A stretch of 64,000 nucleotides of DNA, taken from the NCBI GenBank assembly GCA_045616465.1, contig JAZLGW010000016.1, positions 14,900 to 78,899 of the forward strand, in the 5' to 3' direction. Positions 35,667 through 44,629 of the stretch are shown in pieces. This stretch comes from Lachnospiraceae bacterium. GTDB taxonomy: Bacteria; Bacillota; Clostridia; Lachnospirales; Lachnospiraceae. The position numbers and the translations under genes are program-made. Within the stretch, counting starts at the first letter, position 1. Each line of letters begins with the position of its first letter. The notes under the pieces are model-generated. The model saw only the letters and a program-made list of their open reading frames with translations. It was not told the DNA's origin and did not search any database.

Positions 35667-36743
35667 ATGAAAAGAATTGGAATGTTAACAAGTGGTGGTG
35701 ACTGCCAGGCCTTAAATGCAGCTATGCGTGGCGTGGTAAAGTGCATTTACAACAGCGGTGAGGAAGTTGAAATTTTTGGTTTTCTTTCTGGTTATAAGGG
35801 ACTCATTAATAGCGATTTCCGTATGCTTACAGATGTAGATTTTTCAGGTATTTTGACAAAGGGTGGAACCATTTTAGGTTCTTCAAGAACCCCTTTTAAG
35901 CAGATCACGGAGCCCGATGAGCAGGGAAGAGATAAGATTGAGTGCATGATGCACACCTACCATAAGTTGAACCTGGACTGCCTTGTAATCTTAGGCGGCA
36001 ATGGTACCCATAAGACCGCAAATCTTCTCAGAACCAAGGGGCTGAATGTTGTAACCCTTCCGAAGACCATCGATAATGATCTTTGGGGAACGGATATGAC
36101 TTTTGGATTCCAGAGTGCTGTGAATATTGCAACGGATGTTATCGACTGTATTCATACAACAGCAGATTCCCATGGCAGAGTATTCATCGTAGAAGTTATG
36201 GGACACAAGACTGGCTGGCTTACACTGAATGCAGGTATGGCATCGGGTGCAGATATTATTCTGCTTCCGGAAATTCCTTATGATATTGATGCCATCATCA
36301 AAGCGATTAAGGGAAGAACAAAGAGAGGCAGCAAGTTTACTATTTTGGCAGTTGCTGAGGGTGCTATTTCTAAGGAAGATGCGGCACTTTCCAAGAAAGA
36401 GTATAAGAAGAAGGTGGAGAAGCGTGTATATCCTTCTGTATCCTACGAGGTTGCAGCAGCGATTGAAGAAAAGACAGGAATGGAAGTTCGCGTAACGGTA
36501 CCTGGCCATATGCAGCGTGGTGGAAGCCCCTGCCCTTATGACCGCGTATTTGCTTCCCGTCTTGGTGCAGAAGCTGGAAAGTTAATCCTGAAGGGCGAGT
36601 ATGGCTTCATGGTTGGCTATAAGAATAGAGAAATTGTAAAGGTGCCCCTTGAGGAAGTCGCTGGAAAGTTAAAGACCGTTCCGGAAGATGCTTCCATCCT
36701 AAAAGAAGCAAGAATGTTAGGCATCAGTTTTGGTGATAAATAA
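35667..36743 (+). CDS. pfkA: 6-phosphofructokinase (ATP versus PPi dependence not resolvable here)
   Basis: MKRIGMLTSGGDCQALNAAMRG, KTIDNDL and PGHMQRGG motifs; ATG 35667 after AAAGGGG. Confidence 0.9.
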   Translation: MKRIGMLTSGGDCQALNAAMRGVVKCIYNSGEEVEIFGFLSGYKGLINSDFRMLTDVDFSGILTKGGTILGSSRTPFKQITEPDEQGRDKIECMMHTYHKLNLDCLVILGGNGTHKTANLLRTKGLNVVTLPKTIDNDLWGTDMTFGFQSAVNIATDVIDCIHTTADSHGRVFIVEVMGHKTGWLTLNAGMASGADIILLPEIPYDIDAIIKAIKGRTKRGSKFTILAVAEGAISKEDAALSKKEYKKKVEKRVYPSVSYEVAAAIEEKTGMEVRVTVPGHMQRGGSPCPYDRVFASRLGAEAGKLILKGEYGFMVGYKNREIVKVPLEEVAGKLKTVPEDASILKEARMLGISFGDK

Positions 36744-36746
36744 AGA

Positions 36747-38330
36747 ATGTCTTACCAGGCCTTATATCGCAAATATCGTCCTCTGACTTTTGAAGATGTT
36801 AAGGGGCAGGATCATATTGTAAAGACCATGTGTAACCAGGTAATGAACAATAGGGTAGGCCATGCCTACCTTTATTGTGGTACGCGAGGTACAGGGAAAA
36901 CCACAGTTGCAAAGATTATGGCCAGGGCGGTGAACTGCGAGAATCCTGTGGCAGGAAGCCCTTGTGGAAACTGTGATTCCTGTAAAGCGATATTAGATGG
37001 CCGAAGTATGTCTGTTATAGAAATCGATGCAGCCAGCAACAACGGTGTTGATAATGTCAGGGAGATTATTGAAGAAGTAGCTTATCCGCCCGTAGATGGA
37101 AAGTATAAAGTATACATCATCGACGAGGTGCATATGCTTTCGAAAGCTGCTTTTAACGCGCTGTTAAAGACATTAGAAGAGCCCCCTGCTTATGCTTTGT
37201 TTATTCTGGCAACAACGGATCCCCAGCAGATTCCAATAACCATTTTGTCACGTTGCCAGAGATATGATTTCAGACATATCTCCGTAGAAACCATAGAGAA
37301 TCGTATCCGTGAATTAACAGGAATTGAAGGAACGCAGGTGGAAGAGGGTGCCATTTCATATGTGGCCATGGCAGCAGACGGATCCATGCGTGATGCCCTT
37401 AGTATTTTGGACCAGTGTTTAGCTTTCCATTATGGTGAAACCTTGACGTACGAAATGGTACTCGATGTTTTAGGAGCGGTAGACACGAAGGTATTTAGTG
37501 AGCTCCTACGCGCAGTGGTAGCGAATGATATTATATCCTGTATCAAATTATTAGATAGGGTTGTGTATAGTGGTCGTGAACTGAATCAGTTCGTAACGGA
37601 TTTCATCTGGTATCTTCGCAATTTGATGTTAGTTGTTTCGTCAAATGGAAGTATGGGACCTGAGGTCCTAGGCATGTCTAAGGAAAATCACCAGGCACTT
37701 TTAGAAGAAGCCGAAGTGATTAATCTGCAAACCGTAGTCAGATATATCCATGTGTTTTCGGAGTTATCCGCTTCCCTAAAATTTTCTTCACAAAAGAGAA
37801 TTTTGATTGAGACAGCGATTATCAGACTCTGTAAGCCGCAGATGGAAAAGGATTTAGACAGTCTGACGGAGCGTATACGCTGCCTAGAAGATAAGGTAGA
37901 GAATGGTACCTTTACGACCGTACAAACAGAAAGAGCGGTCCCTGTGGTAACACCAGAGGAAAGAAAGACGTTAGAGAGAGCACTGCCCGATGACATAAAG
38001 GAAGTGGTGAGCAGCTGGGGAAGCGTGATGGTCAAGCTGGCAGAGTTATCCCCTGTGCTGAGTCCGATGTTAAAACATGCACGCGTATCGGTGAGCGATA
38101 ACAATGAACTGTTAATCTGCTCCGATAACAGACTTGCAGTAGATTATTTTGAACGGGAAGACTCAAAGGAAAAGGTAGCAGCTACTCTGGCGGAGGTAAC
38201 GGGAAAGGAAGTACCGTTCTCATTCAGGCTGATAGATGAGGAAGTAAGCTTTGAAAGTCAGTATGTTGATTTGCTTTCCTTACAAAAAGAACTGGGCATT
38301 CCAATTTTAGAAGATAACGACGAAGAATAA
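36747..38330 (+). CDS. dnaX: DNA polymerase III subunit gamma/tau
   Basis: 527 aa; YRKYRPLTFEDVKGQ, GTRGTGKTT, zinc module CENPVAGSPCGNCDSC, SRCQRYDF. Confidence 0.93.
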   Translation: MSYQALYRKYRPLTFEDVKGQDHIVKTMCNQVMNNRVGHAYLYCGTRGTGKTTVAKIMARAVNCENPVAGSPCGNCDSCKAILDGRSMSVIEIDAASNNGVDNVREIIEEVAYPPVDGKYKVYIIDEVHMLSKAAFNALLKTLEEPPAYALFILATTDPQQIPITILSRCQRYDFRHISVETIENRIRELTGIEGTQVEEGAISYVAMAADGSMRDALSILDQCLAFHYGETLTYEMVLDVLGAVDTKVFSELLRAVVANDIISCIKLLDRVVYSGRELNQFVTDFIWYLRNLMLVVSSNGSMGPEVLGMSKENHQALLEEAEVINLQTVVRYIHVFSELSASLKFSSQKRILIETAIIRLCKPQMEKDLDSLTERIRCLEDKVENGTFTTVQTERAVPVVTPEERKTLERALPDDIKEVVSSWGSVMVKLAELSPVLSPMLKHARVSVSDNNELLICSDNRLAVDYFEREDSKEKVAATLAEVTGKEVPFSFRLIDEEVSFESQYVDLLSLQKELGIPILEDNDEE

Positions 38331-38352
38331 AAATAGATAAAGGAGAAATGAA

Positions 38353-38691
38353 ATGGGTAGAAGAGGTGGATTTCCAGGAGGCGGTATGCCTGGCAACATG
38401 AACAATTTGATGAAGCAGGCACAGCGTATGCAGCGTCAGATGGAGGAGAACCAGAAGGAACTGGAAACGAAGGAGTTTACGGCTTCTGTTGGAGGCGGTG
38501 CAGTAGAGGTTACAGTTACCGGCGCAAAGGAAGTGACCAAGGTTGTGCTTTCTAAGGAAGCAGTTGATCCTGACGATATTGATACATTACAGGATATGAT
38601 TATGGCAGCAGTGAATGAAGCCATTTCACAGGCAGAAGAAGCAAGCAATGCTGCAATGAGTAAGATGAATTTAGGAGGCCTTCCTTTTTAA
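38353..38691 (+). CDS. ybaB: YbaB/EbfC nucleoid-associated protein
   Basis: 112 aa; NMNNLMKQAQRMQ..VGGGAVEVTVTG; conserved dnaX-ybaB-recR order. Confidence 0.92.
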   Translation: MGRRGGFPGGGMPGNMNNLMKQAQRMQRQMEENQKELETKEFTASVGGGAVEVTVTGAKEVTKVVLSKEAVDPDDIDTLQDMIMAAVNEAISQAEEASNAAMSKMNLGGLPF

Positions 38692-39287
38692 TGGAAAGCT
38701 ATAGTGGCGATATCAATCGGTTAATTGAAGAATTGGCAGCATTACCCGGGATTGGTAACAAATCAGCCCAGCGTATGGCGTTTCATATTTTAGGGCTTCC
38801 CATGGATCGGGTAAAACGTCTGTCAGAAACGATTTTGACCGCAAAACAAAGTGTTCGTTTCTGTAAGTGCTGCTATACCATGACAGACCAGGAGATATGT
38901 CCGGTGTGCAGCAATCCGAAACGGAATCATAAACTGATTATGGTTGTGGAGACGACCAGAGACCAGGTGGCATATGAAAAGACAGCCAAGTATGAGGGTG
39001 TCTATCATGTTTTGCATGGCGCAATCAGTCCTATGAATGGTATTGGTCCGTCGGACATTTTGTTGAAGGAATTGCTTGAACGATTAAAGGACGATGTGGA
39101 AGAAGTTATTATTGCAACGGGTTCGGCACTGGAAGGGGAAGCAACTGCGATGTATATCAGTAAGCTAATCAAACCTTCGGGCATCAAAGTAACCCGCATT
39201 GCAAGTGGCGTTCCAGTAGGTGGCGAATTAGAGTCTATTGATGAAGTGACATTGCTTCGCGCACTGGAAGGTCGCGTGGAGTTATAA
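38691..39287 (+). CDS. recR: recombination protein RecR
   Basis: 198 aa; LPGIGNKSAQRMAFH HhH, C4 zinc finger, Toprim region. Confidence 0.96.
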   Translation: MESYSGDINRLIEELAALPGIGNKSAQRMAFHILGLPMDRVKRLSETILTAKQSVRFCKCCYTMTDQEICPVCSNPKRNHKLIMVVETTRDQVAYEKTAKYEGVYHVLHGAISPMNGIGPSDILLKELLERLKDDVEEVIIATGSALEGEATAMYISKLIKPSGIKVTRIASGVPVGGELESIDEVTLLRALEGRVEL

Positions 39288-39306
39288 AGCGTGGAGTAAA
39301 AAACAA

Positions 39307-40356
39307 ATGAGCGTGGAAAAGAGTTTACTTGGAAAGTTAAAGGATGGAAAGGATATTTACGCCTATACCATCACGAATAAGAATGGAATGTCTGCTGTGG
39401 TAATGACCTACGGCGCAATTCTGAGAAATCTGTATGTGCCTGGAAAGAAGGGCGAGACCGATGATGTGGTTCTTGGCTTTGACCAGCTATATCGCTATCA
39501 GAGAAATACAGATTGTTTTGGGTCTACCATTGGACCAATCTGTAATCGTACAGAAAAGGGCGAAATGGTAATGGGGAAAAAGGTTTATAACCTTGCCATT
39601 AATGACCGTAAGCTTAATAATTTGCACACCGATTTGGTGAATGGTTTTCATCATCGCCACTGGGATGCAGCAGAAGGAAAGAATGCAGTAACGTTCTCTC
39701 TTGTAAAGAAGGATGGGGAAATGGGACACCCTGGTACGATGAAAGTGTCTGTAACCTATACCTTAACAGACAAGAATGAATTAAAGATTACTTATCATGC
39801 TGAGAGTAACAAAAATACGCTGGTGAATATGACGAATCACAGCTATTTTAATCTTTCTGGAAAGAAGTCCGATTCCATTGAAAAGCATAAGCTGACGCTG
39901 CATGCAAGCAAATTTGTACCGGTTCGTAAGGACGCCATTCCTACCGGAGAACTTAAAGATGTTAAAGGAACGGCGTTTGATTTTACAAAGGGCAAATTAA
40001 TTGGTAAGGATGTAAATGATTTTTCTGATAAGCAGTTAAAGCAGGCACACGGTTATGATCATAACTGGTGTATTGATGGCTACAACGGAAAGTTAAAGAG
40101 TTGTGCTTTGGTGGAGGATGCGAAATCCGGAAGAAGTATGGAAGTATTTACGGACTTACCGGGTGTACAGTTCTATGCAGGTAACTGGATTGGCAATCTG
40201 ATTGGCAAAGATGGCAGACGTAATTGTAAGCGAAAAGGGCTTTGTCTAGAAACCCAGTACTACCCAGGCAGCGCAGGAAAGAGTGATTTCTTCTGCCCTG
40301 TTGTTGGACCTGGAAAGCCTTATGACACCACTACGATTTATAAATTTAACTGGTAA
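39307..40356 (+). CDS. galM: aldose 1-epimerase (galactose mutarotase)
   Basis: 349 aa; NMTNHSYFNL, GYDHNW and CLETQYYPGS motifs. Confidence 0.85.
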   Translation: MSVEKSLLGKLKDGKDIYAYTITNKNGMSAVVMTYGAILRNLYVPGKKGETDDVVLGFDQLYRYQRNTDCFGSTIGPICNRTEKGEMVMGKKVYNLAINDRKLNNLHTDLVNGFHHRHWDAAEGKNAVTFSLVKKDGEMGHPGTMKVSVTYTLTDKNELKITYHAESNKNTLVNMTNHSYFNLSGKKSDSIEKHKLTLHASKFVPVRKDAIPTGELKDVKGTAFDFTKGKLIGKDVNDFSDKQLKQAHGYDHNWCIDGYNGKLKSCALVEDAKSGRSMEVFTDLPGVQFYAGNWIGNLIGKDGRRNCKRKGLCLETQYYPGSAGKSDFFCPVVGPGKPYDTTTIYKFNW

Positions 40357-40359
40357 GAT

Positions 40360-41553
40360 ATGACCGTTGTACCCTTTCGAAAAAAGAATGAGAAGGATGT
40401 AAAGAAGAAAACAAACTACTGGAACAGGCTATTTGCCCATCGTGCCCGTATTGCTTTGTTTGTATGCATTGGTTTGGTGATGGCTGCCATTGCTATTATA
40501 ATCATCCGCTACAATATAAAGAATCGCGTGTACTCTGAATACACAGTAGTATCGTCCGTACAAAGGTCTGGTGCTACGGCTTCTCAGGTATTACCTTTTG
40601 GTAGTATGTTTCTGACCTATAATGACGATGGTATTCGTTGTACCGATGCCAAAGGAGAGGACATCTGGAATCATCCTTATGAGATGCAGGTCCCTATGGT
40701 AAAGGTGAATGGTTCCTATGTTGCAGTTGCAGATAAGAACGGTCGCGACATTTATATCTTTTCGGAGACGGGGTTAAAAGGTACGGTAGAAACCACGGAT
40801 CCGATTGATAGCATTACGCTGTCTGCTTCTGGTGAAGTGCTTGCGGTTGTAGAGAGTGGAAAGATCACGCCGATTTACTTATATGCTCCCAATGGCACCA
40901 AACTGGTTTCTTTTAGAACCACAATGTCAAAGAGTGGATACCCGTTGTCTCTCGCTATTTCTGACGATGGAAAGCTGGTAGAGATTGCATACCTGTACCT
41001 AGATAGCGGCAGTCTGATGAGCAAGGTGGCTTTCTATAACTTTGGGGAGGTCGGCCAGAATAAGGCGGACAACCTTGTTGGCGGGAATGACTATCTCGGA
41101 GAAGCCGTTCCGGTTGTGGGATTTTTAGATAATTCTACCGCGTTTGCAGTAGGTACCGGTCGTATTATGTTTTACGAAGGGAAGGAAACCCCTAGAAATA
41201 TTGGGGATACCATGATTTACGATAAAATCCATTCCGTATTCTATGGAAGTGGTTATGTAGGCCTTGTCTTTGTAGATAATGAAGCAGGGAATCGTTACCG
41301 CATGGATTTATATAATCGTGGAGGAAAGAAGTCGGGAAGTATCTCCTTTGATTTAGAGTATGCTGATATATTTTTCAGCAACAACCACATTGTAATCTAT
41401 AATGCTTCTTCCTGTCTGATTTATACCACCGATGGGAAGCTGGTATATGAAGGGGAGTTCGAGGATTCTGTTCTTTTGATGATGCCTACAGAAAAAGCAT
41501 CCAAGTACGTTCTGGTTACAGGGGACAGTATTGATACCATTGTTTTGAAGTAG
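40360..41553 (+). CDS. membrane-anchored protein with a repeat-rich (beta-propeller-like) extracytoplasmic domain, function unknown
   Basis: 397 aa; one TM (IALFVCIGLVMAAIAIIII), then recurring G-x-hydrophobic strand patterns. Lies 3 nt after galM and 2 nt before the next ORF. Confidence 0.6.
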   Translation: MTVVPFRKKNEKDVKKKTNYWNRLFAHRARIALFVCIGLVMAAIAIIIIRYNIKNRVYSEYTVVSSVQRSGATASQVLPFGSMFLTYNDDGIRCTDAKGEDIWNHPYEMQVPMVKVNGSYVAVADKNGRDIYIFSETGLKGTVETTDPIDSITLSASGEVLAVVESGKITPIYLYAPNGTKLVSFRTTMSKSGYPLSLAISDDGKLVEIAYLYLDSGSLMSKVAFYNFGEVGQNKADNLVGGNDYLGEAVPVVGFLDNSTAFAVGTGRIMFYEGKETPRNIGDTMIYDKIHSVFYGSGYVGLVFVDNEAGNRYRMDLYNRGGKKSGSISFDLEYADIFFSNNHIVIYNASSCLIYTTDGKLVYEGEFEDSVLLMMPTEKASKYVLVTGDSIDTIVLK

Positions 41554-41555
41554 GA

Positions 41556-43286
41556 TTGGAATACGATATGCAGTCTATTGTTGCACTGATTGTTATGATG
41601 ATTTCTTTTTTAGGATACTGCCTGTTCTTTATGAGAAGAACCAGAGTATCCTTTTCTTTTGCACCGGCACTAACCGTCGCAAGTATTGGAAGCCTTTTGT
41701 TTGTCGCGGGTATTTTAAACTTTCTGAAATATATGCTGCTTGGCTTATATGGCGTTGGATGTTTTTTCTTTTTGTGGGAGTGTGTTCGAATCCTTGTACA
41801 AAAGAGAGAGAAAACCGCTCTTGGCGCACATAAAAAAGATGTCATCCTGTTAGGGGTTTGGCTCATCCTAAATGTTTATTTTGTCTGGCTATTAAAAAAT
41901 GCCCATCCATTACACTACGACAATTTCACTCACTGGGCGACCATCCCCAAAATTCTGCTAAAAGAAGATCGCCTGCCTGCATTTCAGGAATCCTTTTTAA
42001 GCCATCAGTCCTATCCGGTTGGAAGCGCGTTATTCATTTATTATGTATGCCGTTTTACAAAAGGAAGCGACGCATTTTATAGCATTGCCCAGTGCATAGC
42101 TTTATTGAGTTTTATCTTTCCTCTTGCTCATTTTGTGAAGAAAAAATGGCCCTATGCTTTAGTTGTATTCTTTGGTATTTTTGTCCTTTGCTTTAATACG
42201 TCTATTACAGACCTATTGGTAGATACGTTAATGCCTCTTCTTGGTGTGGCTGTCTTTGGAATCATGGAAGAGGAATCGCTGCCATTAAAGAAAAGAAATC
42301 TTCTCATAATTCCATTTCTTATTTTCTTAATGAATGTGAAAAATGTAGCCATCTTTTTTATGATGGTATTCTGGGCCTATTATTTAATCCGAAATAAGAT
42401 GCAGGAAATAAAGAGTTTTCTTGTAGCCCATGTACTTGCACCGCTTCTTACGATGTTTATATGGAACAGACACATTGCCCTTGTGTTTATCGGGGGAAAT
42501 ATGTCAAAGCATGCATTAACCCCAGGGCATTTTGCGGCAACGGCAGCAGAAAAGACAGGGGCCGACAAGGTGGCAATATTAAAGGCGTATGCTGGTAAGG
42601 TTTTTTCTTTACAGAATACCTCTCTTATCTATATGTTCATAATTGCTGGCGTTATTCTTATTGCAGTATTTATGGTAAAAGAGAAGAAGGGCCATTTTTT
42701 AAGAACAAGATTTTGGGGAGCTTTCGGCCTATACTTTTTCTACGCCTTTATGATGGGCGGAATGTATATTTTTTCCATGCCCCTAGCAGAAGCAAAGGTG
42801 GTTGCAGAATTTGAACGCTACATGGCTATTATTATTCCCTGCATACTGGGCTGTGTTCTGCTTTCCATTCTAAAAGAGTTAGAAGAGAATAAAGTGATTA
42901 CGGTCATCCTAATGCTTGCGTTATCGGTCCTTCCTATTTTTATGGTGAGAGATAAACTCGATACACTATATAGAAGGCAAAATTATGAGAGTAGTTTAAG
43001 ATATGCGCTGGAAAAAGAATTGCAGGCTGTGAATGTCACAGAGGATTCTGTTTTATTTGTATATGAGCCTGCGCCGGATGGCGGTTATCTGGAATTTTAT
43101 TTACAGTATTATATCCTAAGTGAGAAAATGGTTATTGAGACCGCCGAAGAATTTGTACCAGAAGATATAGCAGACTACTTTACACATGTTGTGATACTAG
43201 GACAGGATGAACAGATACAGAAATATTTAAGAGATGTTGGAAAAGAAGAGCTGATTGGAAAAGAATTTGCTGTGTTTGCAAAATAA
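41556..43286 (+). CDS. large polytopic membrane protein (possible GT-C-like glycosyltransferase), function unknown
   Basis: 576 aa with at least 10 hydrophobic segments. The start could be TTG 41556 or ATG 41568. Confidence 0.55.
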   Translation: MEYDMQSIVALIVMMISFLGYCLFFMRRTRVSFSFAPALTVASIGSLLFVAGILNFLKYMLLGLYGVGCFFFLWECVRILVQKREKTALGAHKKDVILLGVWLILNVYFVWLLKNAHPLHYDNFTHWATIPKILLKEDRLPAFQESFLSHQSYPVGSALFIYYVCRFTKGSDAFYSIAQCIALLSFIFPLAHFVKKKWPYALVVFFGIFVLCFNTSITDLLVDTLMPLLGVAVFGIMEEESLPLKKRNLLIIPFLIFLMNVKNVAIFFMMVFWAYYLIRNKMQEIKSFLVAHVLAPLLTMFIWNRHIALVFIGGNMSKHALTPGHFAATAAEKTGADKVAILKAYAGKVFSLQNTSLIYMFIIAGVILIAVFMVKEKKGHFLRTRFWGAFGLYFFYAFMMGGMYIFSMPLAEAKVVAEFERYMAIIIPCILGCVLLSILKELEENKVITVILMLALSVLPIFMVRDKLDTLYRRQNYESSLRYALEKELQAVNVTEDSVLFVYEPAPDGGYLEFYLQYYILSEKMVIETAEEFVPEDIADYFTHVVILGQDEQIQKYLRDVGKEELIGKEFAVFAK

Positions 43287-43314
43287 AAAATGGCCACGAA
43301 TACTCGTGGCCATT
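43286..43314. terminator. bidirectional intrinsic terminator
   Basis: AAAAATGGCCACGA-atac-TCGTGGCCATTT between convergent genes. Confidence 0.75.
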
Positions 43315-43318
43315 TCAC

Positions 43319-44488
43319 TTATTTTACAACAACTGTTTCTTTTAAATATTCCATAACCTTTTGGTTAATAACAGCATTTTTCAAATAAGGCATTCCGTAC
43401 TCTTCTAATAGATCATTATAAGTAGTTTCATCATAGCCTTCCTTTGTTAAGAAGTAGGTCTTAACATCTTCATCGCTTACACTGAGTCCTGCCTGCTCAT
43501 AGATGAGCTGCACGCCCAACTGGTACTTGATGTCGGTTTCTGTATCAATACGCATCTGCGCTTTGTAATCTTTCTCAGATTCATACCCGTACATTTTATA
43601 TACATGTTCCACATTTAATCCGTAGCTTGCGTACATTTCTTTCGTAGACTGGAACTGCTTCTCGTTTAAATCAAGCATTAGTTTAAGCTGGTTGTCTACA
43701 TATTCTTCGGGGTACTTGATTACAACGGTGGAATCGGCAATGAAATTATAAATCGCAGATTCTAAGTTCGTGTCATAATACTGATCATAAATGAGCTGTC
43801 TGTATTCTGCGGCAGTGGAAGCATCTTCATAGAGATATTCCTGCACAAAGGCATCATCAAATTCCGCGGTTTCATAAATACCCAAAACAGTAACAATATA
43901 GTTGATGGTTTTTCCATTTAAGGATTCAACGCCATAATCGTCAGGATAAGAAACAGGGACGGTCACTGTTTTTCCAATGCTCTGCCCAATGAGCGCTTCA
44001 TCCACAACCTCAGAGAGTGCGCCATATCCGATGGTCATATCAAAACCACCTTCTTCTTCGGAAGCAGCAGCATAAACAGAACCATCTAAATTGGCTGTAT
44101 AAGCAACCTTAACACGGCAGCCATCGGTAATGGTAAGTGTTTCATCATAAGAGATAACCTGATGTGCGGTTAACTGGCTATTGATATCTGCCTCAACCGA
44201 TGCGCTGTCCGGTTCGATATCTGCTTTCGCAAAATTCATACTAGTGGTATCGATGGAAGCATATTCGGAAGTATTAATGTCAATACAACCATTTGCATTC
44301 AGTCCTTTGCCGTACTGGGGAAGATGGCTCTTTCTATAATTTACAAGAAAAAGAATTAATACCAAAATTAACAGAGGAATGGTAATAGACCAAAAGGCAA
44401 TCAAGTTCTTTTTCTTCTTGACCTCTTTTCTGGCCTTTTCGGCTGCCAATCTTTTTTGCTTGGATTTGCTGATTTCCTGATTACTCAT
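43319..44488 (-). CDS. membrane-anchored trigger-factor-like foldase (FKBP-type PPIase plus TF C-terminal-like domain; no ribosome-binding N-domain)
   Basis: 389 aa; Lys-rich N-tail plus TM (LIAFWSITIPLLILVLILFLV); FKBP-like VKVAYTANLDG..GKTVTVPVSYPDDYG..LNGKTINYIVTVLGIYE; AAGGAG SD. Confidence 0.6.
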   Translation of the reverse strand: MSNQEISKSKQKRLAAEKARKEVKKKKNLIAFWSITIPLLILVLILFLVNYRKSHLPQYGKGLNANGCIDINTSEYASIDTTSMNFAKADIEPDSASVEADINSQLTAHQVISYDETLTITDGCRVKVAYTANLDGSVYAAASEEEGGFDMTIGYGALSEVVDEALIGQSIGKTVTVPVSYPDDYGVESLNGKTINYIVTVLGIYETAEFDDAFVQEYLYEDASTAAEYRQLIYDQYYDTNLESAIYNFIADSTVVIKYPEEYVDNQLKLMLDLNEKQFQSTKEMYASYGLNVEHVYKMYGYESEKDYKAQMRIDTETDIKYQLGVQLIYEQAGLSVSDEDVKTYFLTKEGYDETTYNDLLEEYGMPYLKNAVINQKVMEYLKETVVVK

Positions 44489-44629
44489 CGCAATACTCCT
44501 TTATTTCATATTTCACACAACGACTATTATAGCACGAGACGTATTTTGTGGCATATACCTATGAACACAGATGGATTATTCCCCTAGGTGGCGCTCTATA
44601 TATGGTATAATGTAAAAAGGAGAAGTGGT

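Noticed and set aside
36747-38330. Programmed -1 frameshift site in dnaX (gamma/tau)
   Set aside because: I looked for an A-AAA-AAG-type slippery heptamer in the middle of the gene and saw none. The only A5G run (about 38283) is at the extreme 3' end.
41516-42568. Minus-strand ORFs 41516..41866, 41629..41829, 42152..42352 and 42380..42568
   Set aside because: They are antisense to the 576-aa membrane protein gene and are shadow ORFs from hydrophobic codon bias.
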